Shown here in pieces: positions 47,309 to 57,940 of a stretch of DNA of 64,000 nucleotides. The notes beneath the pieces were generated by a model, which saw only the letters and a list, made by a program, of their open reading frames with translations, had not been told where the DNA came from and made no database searches. A program made the position numbers and the translations under genes. This DNA is from an uncultured virus (IMG/VR IMGVR_UViG_2531839459_000011) (taxonomy: Duplodnaviria > Heunggongvirae > Uroviricota > Caudoviricetes). The stretch lies in IMG/VR virus record IMGVR_UViG_2531839459_000011; one strand, written 5' to 3'. Each line of letters opens with the position of its first letter. Position 1 is the stretch's first letter.

Positions 47309-48531
47309 GTACCACACAAGAGCCGGGGTTTTGGTCCCGCTTCTGGTCACGATTGACTGGAAATACACAATTAAAAAAAGGCGATTCGTCTTATCCATTT
47401 GATAGTTATTTGTCACCCGGTGGATCGGTTGTCACACCAGAAACAGCTTTGAAACTTTCCGCAGTCTGGGCGTGTGTAAAATTAAGAGCTGAAACTATCT
47501 CAACTCTTCCTTTACAGTTGTACGACAACAATAAACGTCTTGCTACTGATCATTACCTTTACCGTATTTTGCACGATTCACCCAATGCCGATATGTGTGC
47601 AAGTGAGTTTTGGCAAGTTCAAGTTGCTTGTGTTGACTTATGGGGGAATGCATACAACCTTATTACAAAAGACTCAAGCGGAAAAGTAATTGCTCTTGAG
47701 CCACTTTTCCCGAGTGGTATGGTTGTAAAACGTAATGATTTGGGAGCGATTGATTTTCATTACACTGAAAATGGGAAAACAACAACCTATTCGGAAGACC
47801 AAATCTTGCATTTCAAGGGTTTTACTCTTGATGGGCTTGTTGGTTTATCTGCTATTCAGTTTTTTGCTCAAACGATTGGAATGCAGTTTGATGCAAACAA
47901 CCAAGCTCAGGACTGGTTTAAGAATGGCTTAAAAGTTGGGGGCTTCCTTGAAACTGGGGAGCAAACTTTAACTAAAGAGCAGCGTGAAAGACTAAGAAAC
48001 CATTTAAGTGAGTTCAGTAAACCTGAGAATGCTGGTAAGTACATGGTGCTTGAGGCTGGAATGAAGCTTTCTGGCTCAAATAGTATTCGAATCAATCCCG
48101 TTGATGCCCAGTTACTTGAATCTCGTTATTTTGGCATTGAAGAAATATGCCGCGCCTTTGGTGTTCCTCCTCAGTTAATTGGTCATACAAACAAAGCAAG
48201 CTCATGGGCTTCAAGTCTTGAGCAGACTAATAGGGGGTTTTTGACCTATTCGCTTAACCCTCAATTAGTTAGATATGAGCAAACAATCACAAAGAGATTG
48301 TTTTTGCCAAGTGAAAAATACAAGTACCGGCCAAAATTTGCGGTTGAAGGCTTATTACGGGCCGACAGTGCTACTCGCTCAGGTTTCTACACAAACATGA
48401 TTCAAAACGGTGTTATGACGCGTAATGAAGTGCGGGATTTAGAAGACTTGGCGCCTTTACCGGGTGGCGATGAGCTAATGGTTCAAATGCAAATGGTCGG
48501 ATTGAAAGATCAAGGGAAAACCAGTGGATAG
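47305..48531 (+). CDS. Portal protein (HK97 family)
   Basis: SAVWACV, LWGNAY, GLSAI, EICRAFGVPP, MTRNEVR. Confidence 0.95.
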   Translation: MSTTQEPGFWSRFWSRLTGNTQLKKGDSSYPFDSYLSPGGSVVTPETALKLSAVWACVKLRAETISTLPLQLYDNNKRLATDHYLYRILHDSPNADMCASEFWQVQVACVDLWGNAYNLITKDSSGKVIALEPLFPSGMVVKRNDLGAIDFHYTENGKTTTYSEDQILHFKGFTLDGLVGLSAIQFFAQTIGMQFDANNQAQDWFKNGLKVGGFLETGEQTLTKEQRERLRNHLSEFSKPENAGKYMVLEAGMKLSGSNSIRINPVDAQLLESRYFGIEEICRAFGVPPQLIGHTNKASSWASSLEQTNRGFLTYSLNPQLVRYEQTITKRLFLPSEKYKYRPKFAVEGLLRADSATRSGFYTNMIQNGVMTRNEVRDLEDLAPLPGGDELMVQMQMVGLKDQGKTSG

Positions 48532-49186
48532 ACTTAAACTAACTTTAGAAATCAAAGCCACCCAAGAGGGTGGCTTTTTTTCTGGCTACTTAGCTGCTTT
48601 TGACAACCTTGATTCTCATGGGGACATCATCCGCAAAGGTGCATTTGCCAAAACTCTTCAAGAGTGGAAGGCAAAAGGCAAGTACCCAGCAATCTTTTGG
48701 GATCACAACCCATCTGAACCAATCGGAATTTTTACCGAAATGCGTGAAGACGAAAAAGGGTTGTACGTAGAAGGTCGTCTCTTAATTGACGATGTGCCGC
48801 GAGCTAAAGCTACTTATGCGCTGATGAAGGTTGGCGCGATTGATGGCATGTCCATTGGCTATATCACCAAGTCTTATAGGCGCGATCCAGACTCACTAAT
48901 CCGCGAACTGCTGGAACTGGAGTTAGTGGAAGGTTCAATTGTTGCCTTTCCTTCCAATCCAGAAACCCTAATCAGTTCCGTCAAATCCAAATTACAAGAT
49001 GGCGAGCTGCCATCCCTACCAGAATTTGAAAAGTTCCTGAGAGAGTCAGGATTTTCAAAAACGCAAGCCACTGTCATCGCTAGTAAGGGTTTGCGTCATC
49101 TTTTGAGCGAGTCAGAGGGTGAAAACGAAAAAGCGAAATCAATTTCAAATGCCTTAAATATTTTACGAGGAATCAGCAATGACTGA
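48524..49186 (+). CDS. Prohead protease (HK97 family)
   Basis: DSHGDIIRKGAF, FWDHN, GMSIGY, EGSIVAFPSN. Confidence 0.93.
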   Translation: MDRLKLTLEIKATQEGGFFSGYLAAFDNLDSHGDIIRKGAFAKTLQEWKAKGKYPAIFWDHNPSEPIGIFTEMREDEKGLYVEGRLLIDDVPRAKATYALMKVGAIDGMSIGYITKSYRRDPDSLIRELLELELVEGSIVAFPSNPETLISSVKSKLQDGELPSLPEFEKFLRESGFSKTQATVIASKGLRHLLSESEGENEKAKSISNALNILRGISND

Positions 49187-50351
49187 AAAAACTTTAGAAC
49201 AACTCGCTCAAGAGTTCCAAAAACACGTTGATACAGTTAAAGAAATCGCCGAAGAGTTCAAAGGCAAACAAGCAAAAAGTGAAGAAATCTCACAAAGCGC
49301 CAAAGATAAAGCGGACGAAGCTTTAACTACGTTAAATGAAGTTAAAAACAAACTGACAGAACTGGAGCAGAAAGCTGCACGCCGTGGTAATGGTGATGTT
49401 GAAACCAAAAAGCAAACCATGGGTGGTGAGTTTGTTGAAACTACAGAATACAAAAATGCTGCAGAAAGTCAGTATCGTGGAATTCAGCGTGTTGAGCTGA
49501 AGAACACAATTGGTACGACTGAGGTTGGAAAAATTATTCCTGCCACCAATCTTGGTTTGCAGTTACCAAACCAAATGCGCCTTACCATCCGCGACATTTT
49601 GGCAGGTGGCAGCATGAGCGGGAATCTCATTGAATATGTTCAAATGAAAGAATTCACCAATAATGCAGCAGTAGTTGCAGAAGGTGCAAACAAGCCAGAA
49701 TCTGGAATTACATTTGAAGATAAAGATGCCAAAGCAGTTGTAATTGCTCACTGGTTAAAAACGACCACTCAAATGTTAAGTGATGCACCAGCATTGCAGT
49801 CATTCATTGACAACATTTTGCGCCATGGTCTTGACATCAAGCTTGAAAAGCAAATTCTTGCTGGTGATGGAACCAATGGCAATATGCTTGGCTTAATCCC
49901 TCAAGCGACTGCTTATGCTCCGCCTGCAGGTGCTCCAGCAACGCCAAACATGTTTGATGTATTGCGTTTTGCAATGCTTCAAGTTGTATTGGCCGATGAC
50001 TTTGCAAACGGCCATGTACTCAACCCAATTGACTGGGCGTTGATGGAAACGCAAAAAGATGCAAACGGCAACTACATCATCGGGAATCCGCAATCACAAG
50101 CGGTTCCAACATTATGGGGCTTGCCTGTAGTTCAAACCGCTGCAATGGATGCAGGTAAATTCTTAACAGGTGCATTCAATACTGCAGCTCAATACTTTGA
50201 GCGCTGGGGTGCTGCTGTGCAAATCGGTATGCAGGGCGATGATTTCACATCAAATAAACGTACCTTACTTGCTGAAACCCGTGGAGCATTAGCTGTTTAT
50301 AAGCCTAAATCGCTTGTATATGGCTCCTATACTCCTGCTACGGGTGGTTAA
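49179..50351 (+). CDS. Major capsid protein (HK97 family)
   Basis: N-terminal delta coiled coil; VAEGANKPES; GDGT; TLWGLPVV. Confidence 0.95.
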   Translation: MTEKTLEQLAQEFQKHVDTVKEIAEEFKGKQAKSEEISQSAKDKADEALTTLNEVKNKLTELEQKAARRGNGDVETKKQTMGGEFVETTEYKNAAESQYRGIQRVELKNTIGTTEVGKIIPATNLGLQLPNQMRLTIRDILAGGSMSGNLIEYVQMKEFTNNAAVVAEGANKPESGITFEDKDAKAVVIAHWLKTTTQMLSDAPALQSFIDNILRHGLDIKLEKQILAGDGTNGNMLGLIPQATAYAPPAGAPATPNMFDVLRFAMLQVVLADDFANGHVLNPIDWALMETQKDANGNYIIGNPQSQAVPTLWGLPVVQTAAMDAGKFLTGAFNTAAQYFERWGAAVQIGMQGDDFTSNKRTLLAETRGALAVYKPKSLVYGSYTPATGG

Positions 50352-50398
50352 TTCATTTTGGGGTGGTGTTAGTCACCATCCCATTTAGAGAGGCCAAA

Positions 50399-50575
50399 AT
50401 GAAAGAATATGAAGTTTTACGCCCACACTTTGGAGATAAAGACTACAAAGAGGGCGATATTCGCACAGCAGATCCAAACGTGATAAGGCATTTGGTAGAA
50501 AATAAAGTTTTACGTGAATACCAAACAAAAGTTGATCCACCAAAACCAGCTACAAGACGGAATAATTCAAAATGA
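50399..50575 (+). CDS. Small head-associated protein
   Basis: GAGG RBS; post-capsid position. Confidence 0.6.
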   Translation: MKEYEVLRPHFGDKDYKEGDIRTADPNVIRHLVENKVLREYQTKVDPPKPATRRNNSK

Positions 50576-50859
50576 TCACACTCGAACGAGCTAAGTTGCA
50601 ATGTCGAGTTGATCACGATGATGAGGATGTGCTTTTTCTTGAATGGATAGCTCAAGCCGATGAAGAAATAGCGATCGACATCGACCGAAAAATTATTTCA
50701 AATGAGTCAGAAAGAACTTCTGACACGGACATTGTGGACTGCAAGAAGTTAGATAATGCCCGGTTGATATTTATTGAGTATAAGTACAGCCGAAGTCTAG
50801 AAGGAAAACCTCAAGCATATTGGGATATTTTGCAGCCTATTAGAGAAATGGGGGTCTAA
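50572..50859 (+). CDS. Head-tail connector (HK97 gp6-like)
   Basis: ITLERAKLQCRVDHDDED. Confidence 0.85.
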   Translation: MITLERAKLQCRVDHDDEDVLFLEWIAQADEEIAIDIDRKIISNESERTSDTDIVDCKKLDNARLIFIEYKYSRSLEGKPQAYWDILQPIREMGV

Positions 50860-50860
50860 T

Positions 50861-51217
50861 ATGCCCAGCATTACTCCAAAACTAAAGCACCGCATCACTA
50901 TTCAAAAGCCCATCCAAACCCAAGACCAAAACACTGGAAAATTAATCACCTCATGGTCTAATTTTGCAACAATTTGGGCAGAAGTTACTGACCTTTCAAC
51001 AAGGGATGTTATTGCAGCCAAAGCAGCCAATAGCTCGATACAAGCCCGTGCAAAAGTGCGATATAGCAGCGCTACAAAACAAGTTGATAGCACAATGCGG
51101 GTTCTTTTTGATGGTTACTATTACAAGATTGATGGTAACCCTATGCGAGATCCCGACTCACGCCGTGAGTATTTAACTATCAACCTTGCAACAGGTGATA
51201 AAGCATGGAATGGGTGA
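50861..51217 (+). CDS. Head closure protein (SPP1 gp16-like)
   Basis: LKHRITIQ...W...IWAEV...TMRVLF. Confidence 0.88.
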   Translation: MPSITPKLKHRITIQKPIQTQDQNTGKLITSWSNFATIWAEVTDLSTRDVIAAKAANSSIQARAKVRYSSATKQVDSTMRVLFDGYYYKIDGNPMRDPDSRREYLTINLATGDKAWNG

Positions 51218-51220
51218 TTT

Positions 51221-51706
51221 ATGGCTACTCAAATACATGGTTTGGAGCCTGCTTTAAGAAAAATGCAGGCAATTGGTAACGAAAAAACTGTAAAACGTAT
51301 TGCCCGTAAAGCGATGCGGCAGGCAATGAACATTGCTCGGGATGAAGCCCGTCAAAAAGTTAAACGCCTAGATGATCCCACCACTCCTGAAAAAATTTGG
51401 AAAGAAATTGTTGTTCAAAATGGCCGAAGTAGAAATAAAAACACTTTGGTTATGCGTGTGGGAGTGCGTGGTGGGGCACGTATTCCATATACAAATAATG
51501 CCCAAAATAGACGTTCTGGGCGTGTTGGAAAAACGTATCAAACAGATGGGCGAGTCTTTTACTGGCGATTCCTTGAGTTAGGTACAAGTAGACAGCCCGC
51601 CACCCCATTTTTAAGACCAGCGCTTTACGAAAACATTGAACAGATAACAGATAAGTTTGTTCAAGTATTTAATTTTGAACTCAGTGTGGTTTTAGGTGCA
51701 GCTTAA
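51221..51706 (+). CDS. HK97 gp10-like neck protein
   Basis: FYWRFLELGTSRQPATPFLRPA. Confidence 0.9.
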   Translation: MATQIHGLEPALRKMQAIGNEKTVKRIARKAMRQAMNIARDEARQKVKRLDDPTTPEKIWKEIVVQNGRSRNKNTLVMRVGVRGGARIPYTNNAQNRRSGRVGKTYQTDGRVFYWRFLELGTSRQPATPFLRPALYENIEQITDKFVQVFNFELSVVLGAA

Positions 51707-52080
51707 TGATTAAAGTCCCAATTTTTAAATTAGCAAGAGCAGATCCAGCAGTAAGAGCATTACTCGAAAGTAATAATATCTTGAGAGTTTGGCGTTTTGG
51801 ATCTGCTCCAGAACAGCCTGAAACACCATATGTTACTTGGCAAATTATTTCAGGTGATTCAAATAGCAGTCTTGATTCGCGGCCTGTTTCCGACAGTGCA
51901 ATTGTTCAAATCGATGTTTATGCAACAGATGAAGATGTGGTTGATCAAGTTGCAGAAGCAATCCGTTTTGCAATAGAGCTTGATTGTTATGTGGTTCGCT
52001 ATGGCGAAGCAGATAAGGACCCAGTAACAGGAATGCCTCACTATTCTTTTGATGTAAGTTGGATTGTAAACCGCGAATAA
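51706..52080 (+). CDS. Tail terminator (DUF3168-like)
   Basis: PYVTWQ...VQIDVYA. Confidence 0.85.
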   Translation: MIKVPIFKLARADPAVRALLESNNILRVWRFGSAPEQPETPYVTWQIISGDSNSSLDSRPVSDSAIVQIDVYATDEDVVDQVAEAIRFAIELDCYVVRYGEADKDPVTGMPHYSFDVSWIVNRE

Positions 52081-52151
52081 AACACAAAACTTTTTTCACT
52101 TAGCACCTATTCGGGTGCTTTTTTTATGCCAAAAATTAAGGAGCGCTCTTA

Positions 52152-52628
52152 ATGGCTAAACATGTTAAAGCTCAAAAAACGCAGTTATTTACTGTAATTG
52201 CGGGAACCGTTGTGCGTTTTATTTGCCCTAAGCGTATTTCGTTTGGTCAAGACTCATTTGGAAAGATTGATGTAACCTGTCTAGATGCTGATGTCAAAGA
52301 ATATGAACGCGGGATGCGCGATCCGGGTGAAGGTGCAATTGGTATTGATTTGGATGATGAAAACACAAGTCATGACAAATTATTGGAAATTGCTGCATCT
52401 GGTGAAAAGCTACAGTGGTATGTAGGTTCAAGCCACTCAACAACGCCTCCAACATATGATGCAACTACAGGTATTGATCTGCCAGAAACTCGTTCTTGGT
52501 GGTCATTTGAAGGCTATCTAAATGATGCAGCCCCTAATGACATCGAAGTTGATACAGTAATCGGTTATGAGTTCACTTTAGTACGAACTTCGGGTGTAAC
52601 TTATACTAAACGTACGGTGACTCCATAA
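52152..52628 (+). CDS. Major tail tube protein (prophage 2)
   Basis: IDVTCLD...EYERGMRDPG motif. Confidence 0.88.
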   Translation: MAKHVKAQKTQLFTVIAGTVVRFICPKRISFGQDSFGKIDVTCLDADVKEYERGMRDPGEGAIGIDLDDENTSHDKLLEIAASGEKLQWYVGSSHSTTPPTYDATTGIDLPETRSWWSFEGYLNDAAPNDIEVDTVIGYEFTLVRTSGVTYTKRTVTP

Positions 52629-52629
52629 A

Positions 52630-53145
52630 ATGGCTAAGATCAGTATTACAGACTTAAAGCAGAGTATAACTACTCTGAACGTTCCAGTTAAAAAAACGGT
52701 TATATGGAATGTTGAAGTAACAGAAAGTAATGTTGCTTCACTTAAAAAATTGACCAAAAACTCATTGTTAGAACTTGGTGAAACGGTTGAACTTGAAGCT
52801 GATGTTTTTGTTAAAAAAATGAGCTTTAAGGAGAGCCGAGAGGTTTCTAAAGCAGTCGAGTGGGAGTTTAACTATAAGAATCCAGAGGATTCAAAAGTTA
52901 AAAGGGTTGACTCAACCCTAATGCAATCGGCTCAGTTGCTTGGTTCAATTTGCTCTGATCAAAAGGGAACGCCTTTCTTCTCAAGTGTGAACGACGTCTA
53001 TAAAGCCGAGCCAAGTTTGATCAATGCGCTATATGCAGCTGCCGATGAAGTTAATAACTTTATGGGAAAGTCACGGAAGAAGACCTTGCAGATAGAGAAC
53101 TCTTTGCCGAGCTTGTCCTCAACGGAATCGGTGGAGGCTCCTTAG
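52630..53145 (+). CDS. Tail assembly chaperone (gpG-like)
   Basis: Follows tail tube; GGGAAAG at 53064-53070. Confidence 0.85.
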   Translation: MAKISITDLKQSITTLNVPVKKTVIWNVEVTESNVASLKKLTKNSLLELGETVELEADVFVKKMSFKESREVSKAVEWEFNYKNPEDSKVKRVDSTLMQSAQLLGSICSDQKGTPFFSSVNDVYKAEPSLINALYAAADEVNNFMGKSRKKTLQIENSLPSLSSTESVEAP

Positions 53146-53396
53146 AGGAGGCTGAAGAGAATCTTAGTCATGCAGAGGTGATGTTTTGGAGAGCCTATCG
53201 TCAAAAATACGGCTCTCTTAACTTAGGTCGCCGGCTAGAGCAAAGTTTTGGTAGTTGGATGGCTCACTACACAGGATTTAAGGTTAAAGAAGGTACAAAA
53301 GTAGATCCTTATATATTTATGCCACATGAAACACCTCCGGATGATGACGAAGAATTGTCATTAGAGGAGTATTTTGAGAAGTATCATAGTAACTAA
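53064..53396 (+). CDS. gpT-like extension via -1 frameshift (G-T fusion 52630-53396)
   Basis: -1 frame open from the slippery site into the 53178-53396 ORF. Confidence 0.85.
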   Translation, partial: GKVTEEDLADRELFAELVLNGIGGGSLEEAEENLSHAEVMFWRAYRQKYGSLNLGRRLEQSFGSWMAHYTGFKVKEGTKVDPYIFMPHETPPDDDEELSLEEYFEKYHSN

Positions 53397-53472
53397 CCCT
53401 ATCATAAGGTGGGGCATGTGACATTTACACACCGTTTTGTTAAATTGAAAAAAAGTGAAAAACGGTGTGCAC

Positions 53473-53805
53473 ATGAATAAGTTTTTAATTATTGCTATTT
53501 TGAGTTGCTTAATGCTCGGATGTGGGAAAACAGAAAAAGAAAAACTTGATGAAGAAAGGAAAAATCTTGATTTGCAAGTACAGAAATTGGTTAAAGATAA
53601 ATTAAAAGATGGTGAAACAGCTAAGTTTCGTAATCAATGGGAGTTGTGCGGTGAAGTTAATGCTAAAAATAGTTTTGGCGCTTACACCGGCTTTCAACGT
53701 TATATAGTTACCAAAGAAAAAATATATTTTGAAAATGAGTATAACTCTGACCCAACCTCTATAGCTGCATTCAATCAAGTTTGGAGTGTTGACTGCAAGC
53801 AGTAA
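53473..53805 (+). CDS. Lipoprotein moron
   Basis: Lipobox MLGC; CGEVNAKNSFGAYTGFQRY; own promoter 53418-53446 and terminator. Confidence 0.8.
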   Translation: MNKFLIIAILSCLMLGCGKTEKEKLDEERKNLDLQVQKLVKDKLKDGETAKFRNQWELCGEVNAKNSFGAYTGFQRYIVTKEKIYFENEYNSDPTSIAAFNQVWSVDCKQ

Positions 53806-53867
53806 TTAAATATTAATTTAAAAAACCCCGCGAATTAGCGGGGTTTTTTATTGCCCGGAGAAAGGTA

Positions 53868-56800
53868 ATGGCCACAACATCACTTGGCAGATTAACACTT
53901 GATTTAATGGTGCAAACAGCCAGCTTTACTGAGCCTTTATCACAGGCTGAACGCAAAGCGAAGTCAGCAAGTAAAGGGATTGCAGATTCATTTGATGTTG
54001 CAGCTATTGCGATAAGTGCATTGGGTGGTGCTATTGCTGGGTTATCAATTGCAGAGCTTGTGAACTATAGCGACAGAGTCATTCAGGCAGGTAATGACAT
54101 ACAAAAGTTTTCGAAACTTGCAAACAGTTCTGTGCGGGATTTTCAATATTATGCAAAGGGTGCCGAAACTGCTGGTATCTCAATGGAATCCTTCGCCGAT
54201 AAAATGAAGGATATGCAGGATCGTATAGGCGACTTTCAGCAAACGGGCGGTGGTCCTCTTGCGGATTTCTTTGAAAATATTGCACCAAAGGTTGGAGTAA
54301 CAATTCAACAGTTTCAGAAACTTTCTGGTCCTGATGCGCTTCAATTATTTTACAACTCATTGGAAAAAGCTGGTGCTTCAACGAACGACATGAAGTTCTA
54401 TATGGAAGCAATCATTTCAGATTCTTCATTGCTTATTCCATTGTTAGAAAATGGTGGAGAAGGTTTTAAAAAATGGGGCGATGCTGCTGAGCGTGCTGGC
54501 GCAATTATGTCTGACGACTTAGTTAAAAGCCTAGCTCAAGCAAGAGAAAACCTTCAATTGATGGATTTGCAATGGCAGGGCGTTGAGGCAAGACTTGTAA
54601 ATAGTGTTGTTCCTGCTATCGAAACAGTGATAGAGAATTGGGACGACATTAAGGCGGTTACGATTGCAGTTGCTGCTGGTATTGCTAGTCGATTTGTCCC
54701 AGCTTTGGTTATGGCGACCTATCAATTAGGACAAACAGCATTGTTTGCAGTGCGTGCCGGTGTGGGTTTAGCAAACTTCGCTAGAACAGCCGGCGCAACA
54801 ACAAGTGTAATGGCATTATTGGGCGGTCCTGCTGGGATTGGCATGCTTCTTACGCAATTGGCTGTAGCTGGTGGCGCCTATTATTTGATGTCTAAACAGA
54901 CGCAAGATGCAACTGATGCACTTGAAGATCAAGGTCTTGTTGTTGATGAGCTAAGGGAAAAATATAAAAAATTAACAGCATCGCAACTAGCTCTTAAAAG
55001 TATCGAAGCTGGAGAGGAAGTTGATAAACAAACTAAACAATTAAAAAGTTTGTTTATCGCTTTGGAACAATTTGAGAACGACTTAAGAGTTCAAGGAGAC
55101 ACTAAACAATTAACTGGTATTCAAAACTATCTTAAGAGTTTGAAAGAAGGTGGAGATAAAGCGAAAACAGCTTTCTCTGATCTCCAAAAACAGGGATTGG
55201 TTAGCGAAACTACTCTTAAATTTATTGCTGAATTAGATACAAAAATCAATGAGGCAAATAATTCTATAGATCGTCAAAAAGAGATCCAAAATTTAGTTAA
55301 AAACGCAACTAATGACACAACTAAGGCGCAACAAGATCAAGCAAAGGCAGTTAATGACTCTGCAAAAGCATGGATGTCTTTAACACAGAAACAACGTGAC
55401 TACATTACCCAAGCCAAACAAGATGTGCTTAGAGAAGGATATATCAAGACCCTTGTAAGAGAAGGTATAGGAGTTGATAAGGCGAATGCATATGCTGATG
55501 CACAGATCGCAGCAAATGGAGAAAATGCTTTTAAAGCACCATTGCCAAAGGATGTGCTACTTGCTGCCCGCGAAAACTTCAATCTAAAAAATTATACTTT
55601 TAGTAAAGACGAGTTGGCGGCAATTGCTCGTGCGCAAGGCATTGCAAAGACAAATAATTTTGCTCAAATCGAAAGTTTATATGGTTTGCCTGCTGGAACA
55701 CTTGCCGCATTGATTCTTCAAGAATCTGGAGCTGATGCCGGAGCAAGAAGTCCTACCGGGGCAATTGGTCTTTTCCAAACAACGAGTGTGTTTAGAAAGC
55801 AATATGGACTTAATGCCAAAAGTTCTACTGAAGAAATTGCAACAGCAGCAGCTAAAGACTTATCTAAACATTTGGCTGATTTTGGAGCCATGGATAAAGC
55901 ACTCATGGCCTACAATGCGGGTGCAGGTGGCTTAAGAACTTATTTGAGAGGTGGTCTATCAGATAGCAAGCGTAAAGAGGTTGCTGGTTACGCACCGGGT
56001 TTCCAGAAGTGGTTCGCCGGAGTATCTGGAAAATCTACTGTAGACAATTCAATTTTAATGCCTACACAGGCAGATCAACTTGAATTAATTAATAAGGCAG
56101 CTGAATCTCAAAAAGCCATTGATGATGCTAAAAAAGATGTCGATGCTCGGTATTACACCGAAGCTCAACGACTAGCTAAGGAGCATCAAGATAATGTAGA
56201 TAAGATCACATTTGCTTATGGTGGAACTCCGCAGCTAAAAGAAAAACTTGCTCAAGAGGATGCTTTATATGCCGCTCAAATTGCGAAATTAAAAGCTGAA
56301 AAAGAACAGGAGTATAACCAATACTTCTCTTTTGAAACTGATCGTATAAAGCAAATTGAACGTGATTACGATATTCAAAAGCAACTTGTTAATGCAAATG
56401 TTGAGTATGACACAACAAAAAAAGCAGAAATTACTGCAGCTTTGGAGCGTCAAAAACAACAGGAAATAGCTTGGGAAAAGCTTGCTCAAGAACAACGCTT
56501 AAGTGATGCGAGTGCATTTTTAAGAACTGAACTGGAAAATATGCAAATACGCTTTTCATTCGAGCGTTCGCAGATTTTACTTAATTCACAAATCTCTAAG
56601 GACGAACAGCAAAAGCGAATTGCGTTACTACAAGCTCAAGAGCAATTAGGAAAGTTAGATAAAGCAACCCAAGCGAGCATGGCGTGGGATAGCACTAACG
56701 CAAGCCTAAATGGCTCAAGTGATCTTTATCAACTGGATCAAGAAAGACTTGGGCAAACTTCACAATCTATGGCCCTTGCAGAAGCACAAGCAGCTCTTTC

Positions 56801-57461
56801 GGAGTCAGCCGCAGAACAAGAGGCAATTTGGCAAGCACATAAAGATCGTATGTTTATGATCGATCAAAATTATGAGCTTAAAAAGTCGGCACTTGGAGCA
56901 AGGGTTGCTTCTGAAACTTTGGGGGGGATGGCTGATTTAATGGGTGGTTTAATGGGTGAACAATCGGCAGCCTATAAAACCATGTTTGCCATGTCTAAAG
57001 CATTTGCAGTTGCTCAAGCAATTATGAATGCACCACAGACTTACTCAAACGTTTATACATCTGCTTCATTAATACCAATGATCGGGCCATACATTGCACC
57101 TGTTTTGGCTGGTGCTGCTGTAGCAGTACAAGTTGCACAAGCAGCTCAGATCAAATCTGTAAACCTTACAGGTATGGCGCACAATGGTATTGATAGTGTG
57201 CCCAAAGAGGGGACTTGGTTGCTTGATGGTGGTGAGCGTGTATTGAATCCCAACCAAAACAAGGACCTTACTAACTATTTGAACAATCAAAAAGATAGCG
57301 GACCTCAAGTTGTGGTTTACAACAACAGTAAAGCAAATGTTGAAACGAATGTTGGTGATGACGGGAAGGTGTATGTGACTATTGATGATGTATACAACCC
57401 AAACAGTAAGTACAGCCAAGCAATGCAGGAAAGTTTCAATATCTCAAGAAACAGGGGGTAA
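53868..57461 (+). CDS. Tape measure protein with internal lytic transglycosylase (SLT) domain
   Basis: 1197 aa helical; LILQES, AIGLFQ, ALMAYNAG. Confidence 0.92.
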   Translation: MATTSLGRLTLDLMVQTASFTEPLSQAERKAKSASKGIADSFDVAAIAISALGGAIAGLSIAELVNYSDRVIQAGNDIQKFSKLANSSVRDFQYYAKGAETAGISMESFADKMKDMQDRIGDFQQTGGGPLADFFENIAPKVGVTIQQFQKLSGPDALQLFYNSLEKAGASTNDMKFYMEAIISDSSLLIPLLENGGEGFKKWGDAAERAGAIMSDDLVKSLAQARENLQLMDLQWQGVEARLVNSVVPAIETVIENWDDIKAVTIAVAAGIASRFVPALVMATYQLGQTALFAVRAGVGLANFARTAGATTSVMALLGGPAGIGMLLTQLAVAGGAYYLMSKQTQDATDALEDQGLVVDELREKYKKLTASQLALKSIEAGEEVDKQTKQLKSLFIALEQFENDLRVQGDTKQLTGIQNYLKSLKEGGDKAKTAFSDLQKQGLVSETTLKFIAELDTKINEANNSIDRQKEIQNLVKNATNDTTKAQQDQAKAVNDSAKAWMSLTQKQRDYITQAKQDVLREGYIKTLVREGIGVDKANAYADAQIAANGENAFKAPLPKDVLLAARENFNLKNYTFSKDELAAIARAQGIAKTNNFAQIESLYGLPAGTLAALILQESGADAGARSPTGAIGLFQTTSVFRKQYGLNAKSSTEEIATAAAKDLSKHLADFGAMDKALMAYNAGAGGLRTYLRGGLSDSKRKEVAGYAPGFQKWFAGVSGKSTVDNSILMPTQADQLELINKAAESQKAIDDAKKDVDARYYTEAQRLAKEHQDNVDKITFAYGGTPQLKEKLAQEDALYAAQIAKLKAEKEQEYNQYFSFETDRIKQIERDYDIQKQLVNANVEYDTTKKAEITAALERQKQQEIAWEKLAQEQRLSDASAFLRTELENMQIRFSFERSQILLNSQISKDEQQKRIALLQAQEQLGKLDKATQASMAWDSTNASLNGSSDLYQLDQERLGQTSQSMALAEAQAALSESAAEQEAIWQAHKDRMFMIDQNYELKKSALGARVASETLGGMADLMGGLMGEQSAAYKTMFAMSKAFAVAQAIMNAPQTYSNVYTSASLIPMIGPYIAPVLAGAAVAVQVAQAAQIKSVNLTGMAHNGIDSVPKEGTWLLDGGERVLNPNQNKDLTNYLNNQKDSGPQVVVYNNSKANVETNVGDDGKVYVTIDDVYNPNSKYSQAMQESFNISRNRG

Positions 57462-57464
57462 AAA

Positions 57465-57938
57465 TTGGATAAGTTCATGCTCTGCCCGTTGTTAAAGGGG
57501 TATGACTTTACACCGGGCAGCAATTTGCGAGAGCAAGAAACAGAAGGGGGACCTCCAAGACAGGTCCCTTTTTTTGTAGGAGCTTGGCACACGGTAAACG
57601 TTTCTATCTCTCTAAATAATGAGGAAGAAAAGGAGTACTTCTGGGCTTTTTGGCGTGACAAGCAGTACAAACCTAGTAACTGGCTTTGGAGGCTAGCATT
57701 AGACAATGCAAGGCTAGAGGAATGCGAGTGCAGATTTGTTGCAGATTCGCGTCCAAAAGAAGTAGAGCGAGATGGAAAAATCCTTCAACTCAGTTTTCAG
57801 CTAAGAATCAAGCCTATTCACCGTGATCATGGAAATGACAGGGACATTATTGAGGCTTGGCAAAATGGAGGCCCGGCAGTTATAGGCACAATTGAAAAAG
57901 TACCAAATGAATGGTTCCCGAACGCTACAGGAGTTTAG
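57465..57938 (+). CDS. Distal tail protein
   Basis: Position; homologous pattern to 18129-18527. Confidence 0.7.
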   Translation: MDKFMLCPLLKGYDFTPGSNLREQETEGGPPRQVPFFVGAWHTVNVSISLNNEEEKEYFWAFWRDKQYKPSNWLWRLALDNARLEECECRFVADSRPKEVERDGKILQLSFQLRIKPIHRDHGNDRDIIEAWQNGGPAVIGTIEKVPNEWFPNATGV

Positions 57939-57940
57939 TG

